In this document: positions 62,401-64,000 of the stretch, one piece after another | How the letters are laid out: each line of letters starts with the position of its first letter | How positions within the stretch are numbered: the first letter of the stretch is position 1 | Assembly (NCBI GenBank): GCA_016748015.1 | Contig: JAAOMT010000571.1 | Location: 1,119,095-1,183,094, forward strand | DNA from: Geosiphon pyriformis uo1 | Lineage: Eukaryota > Fungi > Glomeromycota | DNA length: 64,000 nt | Reading direction: 5' to 3' | Translations under genes and position numbers: made by a program | Notes under the pieces: model-generated | The model's input: the letters and a program-made list of their open reading frames with translations, nothing else | Databases searched by the model: none | What the model was told of the DNA's origin: nothing

Positions 62401-64000
62401 ATGCTAACAAAATCCTATCAGAAAGTAATTTAGAGAGAACCTTATGAGCAGTTTTAATCAAAACAATCGGTCTAGTATTGGTCAGAACACCCTTCTACTT
62501 ATAAAGCTTAGGAATTATAGACACCCAAGCTTCCTTCCAGCATTGGGGAACAGATTCACAAACCAAACAAAAATTCAAGAGATCCAATAGTATACCAAGC
62601 ACAGAACCATCACAATGTTTCTAAAGTTCATTTGTAATATCAGACAAACTAGCTGCTTTGCCATCTGGCAAATTTTTGACCATGTGTACCAAATTTTCAT
62701 AGCTAATAGAGTCCATTATTCCAGAAAAAACATTATTGTTAACATAATCCAATGGCAGATATTGACACTGCCATGAATCAGAAATGTTATATGGCACTAC
62801 CTTCTTCTTTGTCCAATTTTCTATAATCTTGTTAACATTATTTTTAACATCAACTGGATCTACAATTAAACTACCATCAAAAACCAGGTGGTCTAGCACT
62901 ACCTTCTAAAAAGGACGTTCTAAAACACTATAGATCATGTAGTCTTTGTTGACTATAAAACTTTTCATCCATTTTTCAATAGCAAATCTAATGTCTAACT
63001 TCTCAGCATGTAAAAACTCAGCCAGTTTGGATGCACAATAAGATTTCCTTACACCAAACAGAGCAGAACATATACAATCAGAATTTGCATTAGAGCCAAC
63101 AAGAACTTGAATGACAGATGCCTTGTCAGTATTCAAAGAGTTTCAATGTCTCAAAAGAAAGAGAAATCTGTCAGACACCACTTCATGAAAAGTCTTAGCC
63201 AACTTCAAAACCAAAACTTCCAGTTTGTGAAACCTGAATAACTCTTTGGTGAACACCTTATCATAGCCCTTAAACCATTTTTTTTGAAAACACTATTAGC
63301 CAAAAGAGACACCACTTTGCGAACAGTGTCCTACATAGTGCCCAGATCTGAATATTTCTTAAATGTAGCAAACTCATCAGAGAACATAGCAGTATTGACC
63401 ACCATAGCATCCTTGAACTTATTCCATGTAACCTCATTAGCATTTTTAATGTCAAACTTCCAGTAATCTCTTTTTGTTTGTTTGCAAAAAGAGTTCAACT
63501 GCATATCCAAAAGTCCACTCAAATCCACAGACACAGAAACAGCATGATAATTAGTGTCAAAGTGCTTACCAACACCTAAAACATCACAGCACAGAATTGC
63601 ATTGACCAAATTCAAAGAAACAAAAACATAGTTAATTGTTTTAATGATATCTTTGAAATTTTCTCACATAGACATTTTGGCTACTGTGCTTCTAGCTAAG
63701 AAATTAACTAGATCCAAACTGAAACACTTTTTAAAACTTGCACTCTTGTGAGAACTATCTTTATTGAAGTCACTGCCAAGGATAACAAAAGTGAATTCAT
63801 TTGTAGCTTTGGTAATAAAAGAGTTAATAACATCAGCTTGGAAGAAACAAATTGTAGAAGAAGCACCAGTATAGAGCCCCAGAATTAAAACAGAAAGTTT
63901 ATTCTTAAAGAGCAACTTAATAGAGATAAGATAATCAGATACCTCAGAAACCTTACTTATATGTCTTGCCAAAGAATTGTTCATAACTATAGTAACACCT
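59401..64000 (-). mobile_element. LINE copy L4 (ORF2 pseudogene APE-RT-RNaseH-CCHC), running off the window
   Basis: ORFs 59538-63984 contain AGAFVDD, AELQA..DSQAAL..GNEHVDELA and CFHCGEVE. The 3' UTR is like those of the other LINEs. Confidence 0.92.

Overview
Eukaryotic, intron-rich, AT-rich fungal DNA. A Glomeromycotina/Mucoromycota-type genome, possibly Geosiphon-like, is my inference from TE protein style and is not verified. About 90% of the window is a nest of decayed retroelements around one intact host gene, a 13-exon GH31 ER glucosidase II alpha subunit (51896-55880, +, ~977 aa). Retroelements: (i) two full-length Ty3/Gypsy LTR elements of different families, A (11179-21049, -) and B (35442-45486, +). 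Each has 4-bp TSDs and sits inside a LINE. Each encodes one ancestral Gag-PR-[Cys-rich domain]-dUTPase-RT-RNaseH-IN frame plus an extra 3' ORF. Partial or nested relatives lie at 1-7.7 kb and there is a solo LTR at 29.0-29.8 kb. (ii) Four or more APE-RT-RNaseH-CCHC LINEs. (iii) A ~2.3-kb ORF1-only non-autonomous retroposon family (HAL1-like), with three full-length TSD-flanked copies and two ghosts, sharing the LINE 3' tail. All repeats show heavy C>T/G>A decay, down to near-pure-AT ghosts, which stops sharply at the gene. Best novelty candidates: the ORF1-only LINE satellite family; a three-way-junction RNA in the one long intron of the glucosidase gene that can alternatively pair with its 5' splice site; the unusual Gypsy architecture (Cys-rich domain plus dUTPase, conserved ORF3, GUG-initiated Gag extension, PBS-masking hairpin); and the RIP-like mutational regime.
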